Source: a virus | Virus record (IMG/VR): IMGVR_UViG_3300020371_000004 | Location: 19,362 to 83,361 of that record | Strand: one strand, 5' to 3' | Length of the DNA stretch: 64,000 nucleotides | Part shown: positions 39,250-48,538 of the stretch, piece after piece | Numbering within the stretch: the stretch's first letter is position 1 | Layout: the number at the start of each line of letters is the position of its first letter | The notes under the pieces: model-generated | Database searches by the model: none | What the model saw: only the letters and a program-made list of their open reading frames with translations | What the model was told of the DNA's origin: nothing | Made by a program: the position numbers and the translations under genes

Positions 39250-40299
39250 ATGGCGGCAGACGTACTATTATATAATGCGTTAAACGACCTTAACGCATCC
39301 AAAAGAGCACAAGTTGCTGCTCTTGATTCTCAAATTGCAGCAAAAGCAACTGAATGTGCTGGTTATGAAAATACAATTGCAACTAATAGTGTAGCAATTG
39401 CTAATCAGGCAGGTCCAGAACACCCAGAACTTTGGGGTCTTATTCCAACTCAACCTGCAGAAGGTGGAAACTTCGATAGTGGATTTAAAGTTTGTGATAC
39501 TTCTGGTTACTTCCGTTGTGGTTCAAGTTGCACTTGGACTGTTCCAACTGGTGTAACTTGTGCTCGTTTCCAAATTTGGGGTTCTGGTGCAGGAACTGGT
39601 TCATCATGTTGCTGTGGATGGACACATATCGGTCCTTCTGGTGCATATGCATCTGTAATTATTCCAGTAACAGAAGGTGATACATACACCTTATGTGGTG
39701 GTTGTGCATATTGTTGTTATGGAACAAGAGGACAGGTAACAGTTCAAGGTTGCCCATCTTATGTAACTGGTACTGGTCTCACCAACTTCTGTGCTGAAGG
39801 TGGAATAGCAGGAATGTTCTGCGAGATGAAAGTAAGATGCTCAATGGCATTAATTTGCTGTAACTATTGCATCTACTCTGCAGGTTCTTCTTGTATTTGT
39901 ACAACTGGTACTGACGTTTGTATTAATGGCAACCAAGGTGGTTATACCTGCTCAAATAGTGCAGGTGCAGTAAATATCAGAAAGAGTTGTTCCATGTATT
40001 ATGGTTCAGCAGCAAGTGGAACTGTATATGGTATTCAGGGTGCATACCACCTAACTCAAGAAGGTAATGGTGCTCAAATTTGCATCAGGCACGCACCAAT
40101 TTATGGATTCCCCAATGACTCCTGCTGCCACTGCTGTATGGCTACATCAGGTAGAGCAGGTTTACAGAGATCTGCATGTGCTGGATACATGCAAATTCCA
40201 TCTGCTGGTGGATGGGCAGCATATACCTGTACTGGTTGTAATGACCACTGTGGTGATGCTGGTAGAATGGGTATGGTTTGTGTATCTTGGAAGGCTTGA
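39250..40299 (+). CDS. Cys/Gly-rich adhesin-like protein, paralog 1
   Basis: N-terminal coiled coil; WTVP.GVT..RFQIWG.G.G motif of Gly-rich phage adhesin domains; 34 Cys by hand count. Confidence 0.8.
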   Translation: MAADVLLYNALNDLNASKRAQVAALDSQIAAKATECAGYENTIATNSVAIANQAGPEHPELWGLIPTQPAEGGNFDSGFKVCDTSGYFRCGSSCTWTVPTGVTCARFQIWGSGAGTGSSCCCGWTHIGPSGAYASVIIPVTEGDTYTLCGGCAYCCYGTRGQVTVQGCPSYVTGTGLTNFCAEGGIAGMFCEMKVRCSMALICCNYCIYSAGSSCICTTGTDVCINGNQGGYTCSNSAGAVNIRKSCSMYYGSAASGTVYGIQGAYHLTQEGNGAQICIRHAPIYGFPNDSCCHCCMATSGRAGLQRSACAGYMQIPSAGGWAAYTCTGCNDHCGDAGRMGMVCVSWKA

Positions 40300-40305
40300 T
40301 AATAC

Positions 40306-40312
40306 ATAAATA
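40306..40312 (+). promoter_or_regulatory. T4-like late promoter (ATAAATA)
   Basis: Intergenic, upstream of the GAGG SD and ATG 40353. Confidence 0.6.
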
Positions 40313-40352
40313 ATCATATTAAAGGAAAAACTCTAGAGGATAGCTTAGAACA

Positions 40353-40991
40353 ATGATTACTAAGGAGTTCACATATGCCCTGCCCGATGAATTATGGGTA
40401 GAAGGTGTTTCAGGTGATGTAACTGGAACTTGGACTTATGAAGGTCCAGAAACAATTAAACTATATGCAGATCCCGATGACGGTACTATTACTGCCATCG
40501 ACCCTGGTCATCCTCTCCCTGCAGGGAATGTAGAGGTAACTATTGATGCAAATGCTAATCCAGAATTGGCAGAAATGGTTGCTCACTTCTTCACAGATGA
40601 TGTAGTGAACAATCCTACTTTTGAGGATGTTACCATGGACAATGGTGATATCTACAAAAGATTGACAAATCCTCGTATGATTGATGCATATGAACTTCAA
40701 TATGATGCAGAGAATGATGCACTAAAACTTGCACAAGTTCTTAGAGCAATTGACGACAGTGGAAAGGTTACTGCCCAGCAGAGAAAAGATAAGATGCAAG
40801 CTTATCTGGATGAATATGATTTTGGAACAGACACTAATGCTGCTATTCAAACATACATCGATACTTTGACTACCTATATCAATAACTATGTTGGTGTTCA
40901 GCCATGGAAGTACATTAATATTCCTCAAGCAGAAGCAGCACCCAAGATTCCAGCAGCAATTCAGGCTGAAATTAATAAACTGGGAGTATAA
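40353..40991 (+). CDS. Hypothetical acidic protein (possible fibre assembly chaperone)
   Basis: Lies between the two Cys-rich paralogs; acidic, with a helical C-terminus ending PW...P..PKIP. The chaperone role is inference. Confidence 0.7.
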   Translation: MITKEFTYALPDELWVEGVSGDVTGTWTYEGPETIKLYADPDDGTITAIDPGHPLPAGNVEVTIDANANPELAEMVAHFFTDDVVNNPTFEDVTMDNGDIYKRLTNPRMIDAYELQYDAENDALKLAQVLRAIDDSGKVTAQQRKDKMQAYLDEYDFGTDTNAAIQTYIDTLTTYINNYVGVQPWKYINIPQAEAAPKIPAAIQAEINKLGV

Positions 40992-40995
40992 TTAA

Positions 40996-42045
40996 ATGGA
41001 CGTATTATCGTATTCTGCTTTTAATGAAAGCAAAAAGTTAGACGACTTAATTGCACAAAGAACTACTGAGTTAGCAACTAAAACGGCAGAAACTGCCACT
41101 AAGGCTTCCAATGCTGCTCAGTTTAATGCCAGTTCATTATGTTGGTTGCAGTGTGTGGAACCCTGCCTTCAGGGTTGCCCTCACGCAGAGAGCCTTTGGT
41201 GCTTTATTCCTGGATTAGATACCGTTACTGACGGTCAAAAGATTTGTAATACCTGTCCACAATTTAACTGTGGTAACTGCTGCTTATGGACTGTTCCTGA
41301 GGGTGCTACCCAGATTAGATTCCAATTATGGGGTGCTGGTGGTGGTTCAAGTACTGGTTGCTGCTGTGGTGGTTCACCTTTTGGAGCAACGGGTGCATAT
41401 GCATCAGTAATTATTCCTGCAACTCCAGGTTGTCAGTATACTATTTGTACTGGTTGTGCATATTGCTGCTTCCCATCTGTTGGTGGAGTTGGTAGAGTTG
41501 CTGGATGCCCAACATGGATCACTGGTTACGGTCTTGATAACGTCTGTGCTGCAGGTGGACCTGGAAACATGGGTGAGTGGATGAGTACTTATGGTAAGGC
41601 AAATACTTACAGAATGAGTCACCATTCTCACCCATCTGCTGGTCCATGCTTCTGTAATAATGGTGCTGATTATTGCTTCAACAGCTCCTGTGCTACTTGT
41701 GGTATTATTCCAATCGTCCCTGCTGGTGAATACTTTGGAACAGTAACACACCCAGATGCTGTAGGTAGTATCGTATATGGTATTAGAGGTATGTGGCCTT
41801 GCATCTGCTTCCAAACAGATCACTATGGTTATCAGCAGCATCCTCCAGTCTATGGATTTGAATCTGTATCCAAATGTAATCCTTCTTGGTCTTCTGGATA
41901 TTGTTGCGGATGTGAATGTAGTGCTGGTAGAGGATATCTCCAAGTTCCTGGTGCAGGTGGTTACTACTCTACCGCAATGGGTGGTGCGACTAGTATGTGC
42001 GGAGATATGGGTAGAATGGGTATGGTCTGCATTCAGTGGAAGTAA
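40996..42045 (+). CDS. Cys/Gly-rich adhesin-like protein, paralog 2
   Basis: Same length (349 aa) and motifs (CCCG, GAYASVIIP, CAYCC, CGD.GRMGMVC..WK) as 39250..40299; 34 Cys by hand count. Confidence 0.8.
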   Translation: MDVLSYSAFNESKKLDDLIAQRTTELATKTAETATKASNAAQFNASSLCWLQCVEPCLQGCPHAESLWCFIPGLDTVTDGQKICNTCPQFNCGNCCLWTVPEGATQIRFQLWGAGGGSSTGCCCGGSPFGATGAYASVIIPATPGCQYTICTGCAYCCFPSVGGVGRVAGCPTWITGYGLDNVCAAGGPGNMGEWMSTYGKANTYRMSHHSHPSAGPCFCNNGADYCFNSSCATCGIIPIVPAGEYFGTVTHPDAVGSIVYGIRGMWPCICFQTDHYGYQQHPPVYGFESVSKCNPSWSSGYCCGCECSAGRGYLQVPGAGGYYSTAMGGATSMCGDMGRMGMVCIQWK

Positions 42046-42062
42046 TACCCTTCTGATTACAT

Positions 42063-42070
42063 TATAAATA
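42063..42070 (+). promoter_or_regulatory. Canonical T4 late promoter TATAAATA
   Basis: Exact consensus, 26 nt before the glycosyltransferase ATG. Confidence 0.8.
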
Positions 42071-42096
42071 TTTGAAAATACATCGTTATTTGTTTT

Positions 42097-43200
42097 ATGA
42101 ACAAAGCATTTTTTATTAACGGTGGAGCAGGGAGAGTTCTCTGCTCCATTCCTGCGTTGGAGCATCATGCAAAAACCAATAAAGACTTCGTAATTGTTGC
42201 AGAGTCTTGGGGAGAATTATATTTAACAAGCCCTATCCTTCGGGAGAGGGCATTTCCTATGCATCATAAAAATCTTTTTGAGGATTATCTCAAAGATAAG
42301 GAAATTATTAGTCCAGAACCTTATAGATTAAATGCTTATTTCAACCAAAAAGCAAATTTGATTCAAGCATTTGATATGCTAATTAATGGTCTTGATGAAG
42401 TTCCAGAAACTAAAGAATTGAAGTTAGAACTTCCTAAAGACACTCAGATACTTGGATATAATTTAGTTAGTGAAGTAAAAGAAAAACTTAAAAAAGATAA
42501 GGTTGTTGTTTTCCAACCATTTGGAAGTACAGTAAAAACTGAAGGTAAGTTTATTACTGATTCTTCTGGAAGAAGTTTTGAGATGAAGAATGTATATTCT
42601 ATCATTGAAGAACTCAAAAAAGATTATGGTGTTATCCTAATGTCAAATGTGGAGATTCCTGGTTGGGAAGACCTTGGTGTAGCAAAACCATCAGGAACAG
42701 GTCTTCTTGAATGGTGTGGTATAATTAATGCTTCAGATTATTTCTTGGGGTGTGATAGTGTAGGGCAGCATATGGCACATGGACTAAATAAACCAGCAAC
42801 TGTAGTCATTGGTTCAACGTATCCAGAGAACATTTCATATCCTGGAAATAAAAACTTTAAGATTATAGATTTGGGTAACGAGAAAAGAAAGTATACCCCA
42901 ATCAGAATGACTTTTGACCAATGTATTGACTTAAATAATGAATCCCTAATGGTTATTGAAACTGATAATCAGATTAAAGATTTAAAGAAGTCGATAGTTA
43001 ATAAAATTGGTACTTCAAAGAAAGTATCAAAATCTACATTTAATGCTGGAAGTAGCAATGTTAAGGGAGCAAAAATGCCTCCTCAGGCATCCTTTTCTTC
43101 AGGAGGAGGAGCAGTAGATACTCTTTTAAGTGGTTCTAAAAAGAGTACCAAAAAGACTACTATAGATAAAGTTTTAGAACTTGATAACGCAAAAAATTGA
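42097..43200 (+). CDS. GT9-like (heptosyltransferase-type) glycosyltransferase
   Basis: N-terminal GG.GRVLC.IPAL; VVFQPFG; GT9 signature I..SDYFLGCDS..QHMA..LNKP.TVV.GST. Confidence 0.75.
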   Translation: MNKAFFINGGAGRVLCSIPALEHHAKTNKDFVIVAESWGELYLTSPILRERAFPMHHKNLFEDYLKDKEIISPEPYRLNAYFNQKANLIQAFDMLINGLDEVPETKELKLELPKDTQILGYNLVSEVKEKLKKDKVVVFQPFGSTVKTEGKFITDSSGRSFEMKNVYSIIEELKKDYGVILMSNVEIPGWEDLGVAKPSGTGLLEWCGIINASDYFLGCDSVGQHMAHGLNKPATVVIGSTYPENISYPGNKNFKIIDLGNEKRKYTPIRMTFDQCIDLNNESLMVIETDNQIKDLKKSIVNKIGTSKKVSKSTFNAGSSNVKGAKMPPQASFSSGGGAVDTLLSGSKKSTKKTTIDKVLELDNAKN

Positions 43201-43209
43201 GGTTTTACT

Positions 43210-45039
43210 ATGGAAAGAGACGAAGTAATTGTTGCTATTACTAGAGGACATAACGCAAGTACCACCTTAATGATTAATGGTGAAATTAAGTGGTATCTTG
43301 AAGAAGAAAGAATCACAAGAAGGAAGTATGATGGATGTCCTCTTGCAGGTCTAATTCAAGTTTCTAAAGAAGTTGACCATATTGATGAACTAATCATCTG
43401 CCATACACATAGAGGTGGTCCACAAACCGACTGGACAGCAACAGACATTTATGAGGCATTGGTTCAGAAACTATTTAAGTTTGATACGAATAATCTACCT
43501 GCTGTTCATTTTGTAGATACTATTCACCATGAACTTCATGCTGCAGTTGGATTTATAAATTCTGGATTTGATGAAGCAGTATGTGTTATTGCTGATGGTG
43601 CTGGTAGTTTTCTTGAAAGTACCGAATGGGAAGGAACAGCATTTGAATTTGAAACCATTTTTAAGGCAGAATGGCCAAAGAATAATGGTGAATCAATGCT
43701 TAAATTTGAAACACTTTGGAAGCATTTAGGTCAAAAAGATTCAAGAAAATCTGATATTATCTTTGGTGGTACAACTCTAATCGATAGTTATTTGGGAATC
43801 ACAAAAGCATATGAAGCAGTTACTGAGTATTGTGGATTCCAATCTATTGATGCTGGAAAAACAATGGGTCTTTCTCCTTACGGAAAAGAAAATCCAGAAC
43901 TTCCTAGTTTGTTAGATGAAAATGGTAATATCACAAGAGCACTATTCATTCCAAACTATCCTAATGGATCTTGGATTGATATTGGTGTAAGTGAAGCACT
44001 TCAAAAAGATTGCTCAGAAGAAAATACAGCAATTAAAGAAAGTGGTGGTTATACTCAAACTCAAAAAGATATGGCATATGCTGTTCAGAAAATGACTGAA
44101 CAAAAGATGTGTGATCTAATCAGAAAAGCAGTAGAACTTTCTGGTTGTAATAATGTTATAGTTTGTGGTGGTTATGGTCTTAACTGCGTTGCAAATTATA
44201 AGTATTGGCAAAATTTTCCAGATATTAATATTCATTGTGAACCAATTGCACATGATGGTGGTATTTCTATTGGTGCAGCAAAACTTCTTTATTCCAGAAA
44301 GCACGAACTTCAAGAACCTTGGCCAGTACAAACGTCTATTTACTATGGACCTCAGTATGATTATTCTGAATATGAAAAGGCAATTGCTGACTTAGAGACT
44401 ACAGATGTTTCTTATGATGATATTGCTAAACTAATTCGTGAAGGAAACATTGTTACTATTTTCCAAGGTCGTTCTGAAGGTGGTCCTAGAGCACTAGGTA
44501 ATAGGTCTATTCTGTTTGACCCAACTATTAAAAATGGTAAAGATATTGTCAACAGTGTTAAAAAACGAGAGTTCTTCAGACCATTTGCATGTAGCATAAA
44601 AGAAGAAAGTGTACATGAATACTTCGATTTGGCAGGTCGTGAAAAGAGTCCTCATATGATGTATGCTGTTAAGTGTAAAGATGGTGTGGAAGAAAAGATT
44701 CCGTCTGTAATTCACGTTGATGGTACTTGTAGAATTCAGACTGTTACTGAAGAAGAAAATGAGCACTATTATAAATTAATTGATGCTTTTGAAAAATTGA
44801 GTGACGTTCCAATTTTATTCAATACTTCTTTCAATCTTGGTGGACAACCTTTGGTTGAAACTATTGATGATGCAATCAAGACATTGAAGAATAGTGATAT
44901 TGATTATATGTATCTTCCAGAGATTGGTAAATTAGTTACAGTTACTAGTAAAATTGAAGATATGAATGGATTGGGATTCCCATACAATAGTTTCACAAAG
45001 TTTGAAGCTCCAGAAAAACCTGAAGGTGCAACAGTTTAA
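43210..45039 (+). CDS. Carbamoyltransferase, CmcH/NodU/TobZ family
   Basis: GHNAS, EEERITR.K, HHELHA, DGAGS, AGKTMGLSPYG, GGYGLNCVAN, GPRALGNRSIL, KREFFRPFA, HVDGTCRIQTV, NTSFN. Confidence 0.93.
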   Translation: MERDEVIVAITRGHNASTTLMINGEIKWYLEEERITRRKYDGCPLAGLIQVSKEVDHIDELIICHTHRGGPQTDWTATDIYEALVQKLFKFDTNNLPAVHFVDTIHHELHAAVGFINSGFDEAVCVIADGAGSFLESTEWEGTAFEFETIFKAEWPKNNGESMLKFETLWKHLGQKDSRKSDIIFGGTTLIDSYLGITKAYEAVTEYCGFQSIDAGKTMGLSPYGKENPELPSLLDENGNITRALFIPNYPNGSWIDIGVSEALQKDCSEENTAIKESGGYTQTQKDMAYAVQKMTEQKMCDLIRKAVELSGCNNVIVCGGYGLNCVANYKYWQNFPDINIHCEPIAHDGGISIGAAKLLYSRKHELQEPWPVQTSIYYGPQYDYSEYEKAIADLETTDVSYDDIAKLIREGNIVTIFQGRSEGGPRALGNRSILFDPTIKNGKDIVNSVKKREFFRPFACSIKEESVHEYFDLAGREKSPHMMYAVKCKDGVEEKIPSVIHVDGTCRIQTVTEEENEHYYKLIDAFEKLSDVPILFNTSFNLGGQPLVETIDDAIKTLKNSDIDYMYLPEIGKLVTVTSKIEDMNGLGFPYNSFTKFEAPEKPEGATV

Positions 45040-45062
45040 TTGTATAAAATTTGAATTGAAAA

Positions 45063-46751
45063 ATGTCTACTCACGTATGTCTTCACGTAGACCATGATTC
45101 TGCAGCTGCTGTCGTAAAGGATGGAAAATTTCATTCTCTTATTTCAGAAGAAAGATTACTTCATGTTAAGCATTCTGGTGTTCCTATTCTGATTATTGAC
45201 GAACTAAAAAGACTTGGGTTATCTGTTGATAACCTTTCTTTTTCAATTTTAAATAATCGTGATGACCAAATACTTGATTATGTTTATCAGCATGGTCAAA
45301 GAAAAAAACTATGGGGTGAATGTGGAATAAACCAACATACATCCCACCATATTCTTCATGCAATTACTGCATTTATTCGTTCAGGAATGGATGAAGCAGT
45401 GGCAATCATCATTGATGGTGCAGGAAGTATGTATGATTATGGTAAGGAGCATCTTAGTGTAATTGAGTGTGGATATCTTAAAGATGGTAGACCCTTCTTT
45501 AATTTCATTCACCAGAAAATGGTTGGTAGTGGTGAACTTATTGAAAAGAGCAAATGTCCACCATGGGTGGATAGATATAAATGTATTGGACCAGGATATG
45601 CATATTCAGCAGCCACAAGTGCCTTAGGGTGGGGTGGACTGGATTGCGGTAAACTTATGGGAATTGCTCCATACGGAGAGGATGATAAAAATGTACCAGA
45701 GTTATTAAATATAAATTCAAGTGCAAATTTAGATGCTTTTTCTTTAATGACGTTTAATCTCACATCTTTTGGTCCTAGAGGAGCAGTTTTAGATAAGAAT
45801 GATTATATAAATTCAATATGGAAAGAAAATAAGGGAACTATAGAAGAATCAGGTAAGTATAGAAAGATTGCTCAAAATGTTGCCTATAGAATGCAAGATG
45901 ATTTTGAAAAATATATAATTAATTTTTTCAATAAAGTTCTTGATAATGTTCCAACAAAAAATATTGTCTATAGTGGTGGATGTGCATTAAATTGCGTTGC
46001 AAACTATAAGTTACTTAAGTCTTTGCCTGAAGATGTAAATCTCTATATTGAACCAATATCTGCAGATGATGGAGTTGCACTTGGGGGAGTAATTTCTTCT
46101 ATAATTAATGCTAATGAAACCATTCCATCTTTTGATGGAATATACTTTGGTTCTCAATTGGAGTATACTTATACATTACTTTCGGGTGAATCGGAAAAGA
46201 ATACAACTGCAAAAGAAGTTGCTACTCTTATATCTGAAGGTAATATTGTAGCAATAGCACAAGGAAAAAGTGAATCTGGTCCCAGAGCTCTTGGTAATAG
46301 GTCCATTTTATTTGACCCAAGAGTTATTGACGGTAAAACTATAGTCAATAGAGTAAAGAAACGAGAAACTTGGAGACCTTTTGCTGGAACTGTACTAGTA
46401 GAATATGCAAAAGATTGGTTTGATATGGATAGACTTGAAGAAAGTCCATACATGATGTATGCTGTTGATGTTATTCCAGAAAAGCAAGATAAAATTCCAT
46501 CGATTGTCCATGTTGATGGAACATGCCGTATTCAGACAGTTTCTGAAGAGCAGAATAAAAACTATTATGAATTAATAAAAGAGTTTTATTCAATTACAAA
46601 TGTTCCTATTGTATTCAATACCTCATTTAATCTTGCTGGAGATACAATAGTAGAGACAATTGATGATGCTTTCAATACACTTAGAAATAGTGAGATTGAA
46701 TATCTTTATCTTCCAGAGATTAAAAAACTTATCTACGTACCCAATAAATGA
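45063..46751 (+). CDS. Carbamoyltransferase, CmcH/NodU/TobZ family, second copy
   Basis: DHDSAA, SEERL, HHILHA, DGAGS, GKLMGIAPYG, GGCALNCVAN, GPRALGNRSIL, RPFA, HVDGTCRIQTV, NTSFN. Confidence 0.92.
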   Translation: MSTHVCLHVDHDSAAAVVKDGKFHSLISEERLLHVKHSGVPILIIDELKRLGLSVDNLSFSILNNRDDQILDYVYQHGQRKKLWGECGINQHTSHHILHAITAFIRSGMDEAVAIIIDGAGSMYDYGKEHLSVIECGYLKDGRPFFNFIHQKMVGSGELIEKSKCPPWVDRYKCIGPGYAYSAATSALGWGGLDCGKLMGIAPYGEDDKNVPELLNINSSANLDAFSLMTFNLTSFGPRGAVLDKNDYINSIWKENKGTIEESGKYRKIAQNVAYRMQDDFEKYIINFFNKVLDNVPTKNIVYSGGCALNCVANYKLLKSLPEDVNLYIEPISADDGVALGGVISSIINANETIPSFDGIYFGSQLEYTYTLLSGESEKNTTAKEVATLISEGNIVAIAQGKSESGPRALGNRSILFDPRVIDGKTIVNRVKKRETWRPFAGTVLVEYAKDWFDMDRLEESPYMMYAVDVIPEKQDKIPSIVHVDGTCRIQTVSEEQNKNYYELIKEFYSITNVPIVFNTSFNLAGDTIVETIDDAFNTLRNSEIEYLYLPEIKKLIYVPNK

Positions 46752-47146
46752 AAATTTCCTTTGTCAATGGATGTTTTGATGTTCTTCATCCAGGACATAT
46801 TGAACTTTTAAAATATGCTAGTTCTCTTGGTGATTATCTAATTGTTGCTATAGATTCAGATAGAAAAGTGGCAGAGATGAAAGGTCCAGAAAGACCTATA
46901 TTCTCTCAGTCTGATAGGTCTTACATGTTAAAGGAAATACGATGTGTGGATGTAGTTCATATATTTGATTCTAAAGAAGAATTAGAGTCATTGCTGGATT
47001 CATTGAGACCTGATACAATGGTCGTAGGTTCAGACTGGAAAGGAAAAGAAGTAGTAGGTTCACAGTATGCCAAATCAGTCAAATTCTTCGACAGAATCGG
47101 AGACTACTCGACAACTAAAACAATTCAAGGTTCTTCTTATCGGTGA
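46748..47146 (+). CDS. Heptose-1-phosphate adenylyltransferase (HldE/RfaE domain II-like nucleotidylyltransferase)
   Basis: NGCFDVLHPGH (HIGH motif), LIVAIDSD..V..MKG.ERP, C-terminal YSTT.TI. Confidence 0.88.
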   Translation: MKISFVNGCFDVLHPGHIELLKYASSLGDYLIVAIDSDRKVAEMKGPERPIFSQSDRSYMLKEIRCVDVVHIFDSKEELESLLDSLRPDTMVVGSDWKGKEVVGSQYAKSVKFFDRIGDYSTTKTIQGSSYR

Positions 47147-47864
47147 TAGTTGTGAAGATGAGTACATTTATGGTACTTGTAAACGCATAAGTCCAGAAGC
47201 ACCAGTTCCTGTTATGGACTATTCTAGATTAGAAACAAAATCTGGAATGGCAGGAAACGTATGCTTAAACTTGCAGTCGTTTGAAATGGATATAACGTTC
47301 TTAACTAACTCTGAGAAATTAGTTAAGACACGATTTATCGATGAAAAATCAAATCAGCAAATTCTTAGAGTTGATAATGAAGAAGATGTAAAACCTCTAT
47401 TGTTGCCAATCAGCACTGATGGTTTTGATGCAGTTGTAATTTCTGATTACAATAAAGGTTATCTAACTTATTCTAAAATTGAAGAAATAGTTTCTGGTTC
47501 TACGTGTCCAGTGTTTATTGATAGTAAAAAACAATTTTTACCAAATAAAGAAAATTGTTTTGTAAAAATAAATGACCTTGAGTATAGTCAATTAGATGAA
47601 AAATGTCATATTGATAATCTAATTGTCACCAAAGGTTCTGAAGGATGTTATTATAAAAATACTTTGTATCCAGCAGAAAAAGTAAATGTTTACGATGTTG
47701 TTGGTGCAGGTGATACTTTTCTAGCAGCACTAGTTTTTAGTTATCTTGCTAGAAATGATATGAGTGAAGCAATTCGTTTTGCAAATAAAGCAGCAGCAGT
47801 TGTTGTTGGTCAACCAGGTACATACGTTTTACAGGAGAAAGATATAAATGAGATATGTAGTTGA
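47067..47864 (+). CDS. Heptose-7-phosphate kinase (HldE/RfaE domain I, PfkB family)
   Basis: KVLLIGD...D.YIYG...RISPEAPVPV, G.AGNV..NL, ISDYNKG, DVVGAGDTF. The start is uncertain because of an 80-nt overlap with the upstream gene. Confidence 0.88.
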   Translation: MPNQSNSSTESETTRQLKQFKVLLIGDSCEDEYIYGTCKRISPEAPVPVMDYSRLETKSGMAGNVCLNLQSFEMDITFLTNSEKLVKTRFIDEKSNQQILRVDNEEDVKPLLLPISTDGFDAVVISDYNKGYLTYSKIEEIVSGSTCPVFIDSKKQFLPNKENCFVKINDLEYSQLDEKCHIDNLIVTKGSEGCYYKNTLYPAEKVNVYDVVGAGDTFLAALVFSYLARNDMSEAIRFANKAAAVVVGQPGTYVLQEKDINEICS

Positions 47865-48177
47865 TATTGATGCAACCATTTGTACCCCAGGTACATGTGA
47901 AGCATGTAGATATGAAGGTTCTACACCAATCCAAGATAGGATTGATAAAATAAATAAGTTGTATGATGATGGGCATATCATCAAATACTTTACTGCCCGA
48001 GGTATGGGAAGGTATAATGATGATGCGGAAAAGGCACGGGAAAAATTTTACGGACTAACCAAAATGCAATTGGATATTTGGGGATGTAAGTATCATGAAC
48101 TTATTCTCGGAAAACCATCAGCAGACTATTACATAGATGACAAAGCTGTAAATTCAGATGACTTCTTCAAGACCTAG
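47848..48177 (+). CDS. Small HAD-superfamily phosphatase
   Basis: VVDIDATIC (DxD), YFTARG, GKP.ADYYIDDKA. Confidence 0.85.
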   Translation: MRYVVDIDATICTPGTCEACRYEGSTPIQDRIDKINKLYDDGHIIKYFTARGMGRYNDDAEKAREKFYGLTKMQLDIWGCKYHELILGKPSADYYIDDKAVNSDDFFKT

Positions 48178-48538
48178 AGCAGGACAGGATATCAAATTCG
48201 TACCCAAGGGGTGGGGATTTGAAAAATGGATTGTAAACTGTGAGCAATACTGCGGAAAACTTCTGTATATTGTTAAGGGAAAAAAGTGCTCATGGCACTA
48301 CCACAACAAGAAAGATGAAGTTTTTTATGTTCAAAGTGGTAAGATTAAAATTAAGTATGGTTGGTCAGATAATCAAGAGTTAGGTTCCATAGCAATATTA
48401 GAACGTGGAGAAAAGTTCCACGTTCCTGTTGGTATGAGACATCAAATGTATGGACTAGAAGATACAGAACTGTTTGAGTTTAGTACAGAACATTTTGATG
48501 ACGATAGTATTCGTGTCATTCAAGGAGATACTCTTTGA
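48158..48538 (+). CDS. Cupin-domain sugar isomerase-like protein
   Basis: VPKGWG.E.WI.N..YCGK.L, SWHYH..KDE.FYV.SG, HVP.G.RH, EFST.H.D.DS.R. Confidence 0.85.
   Translation: MTSSRPRAGQDIKFVPKGWGFEKWIVNCEQYCGKLLYIVKGKKCSWHYHNKKDEVFYVQSGKIKIKYGWSDNQELGSIAILERGEKFHVPVGMRHQMYGLEDTELFEFSTEHFDDDSIRVIQGDTL

Noticed and set aside
41404-42168. 254-aa minus-strand ORF
   Set aside because: Antisense of the Cys/Gly-rich gene (TGT/GGT codons read as Thr); no independent evidence.
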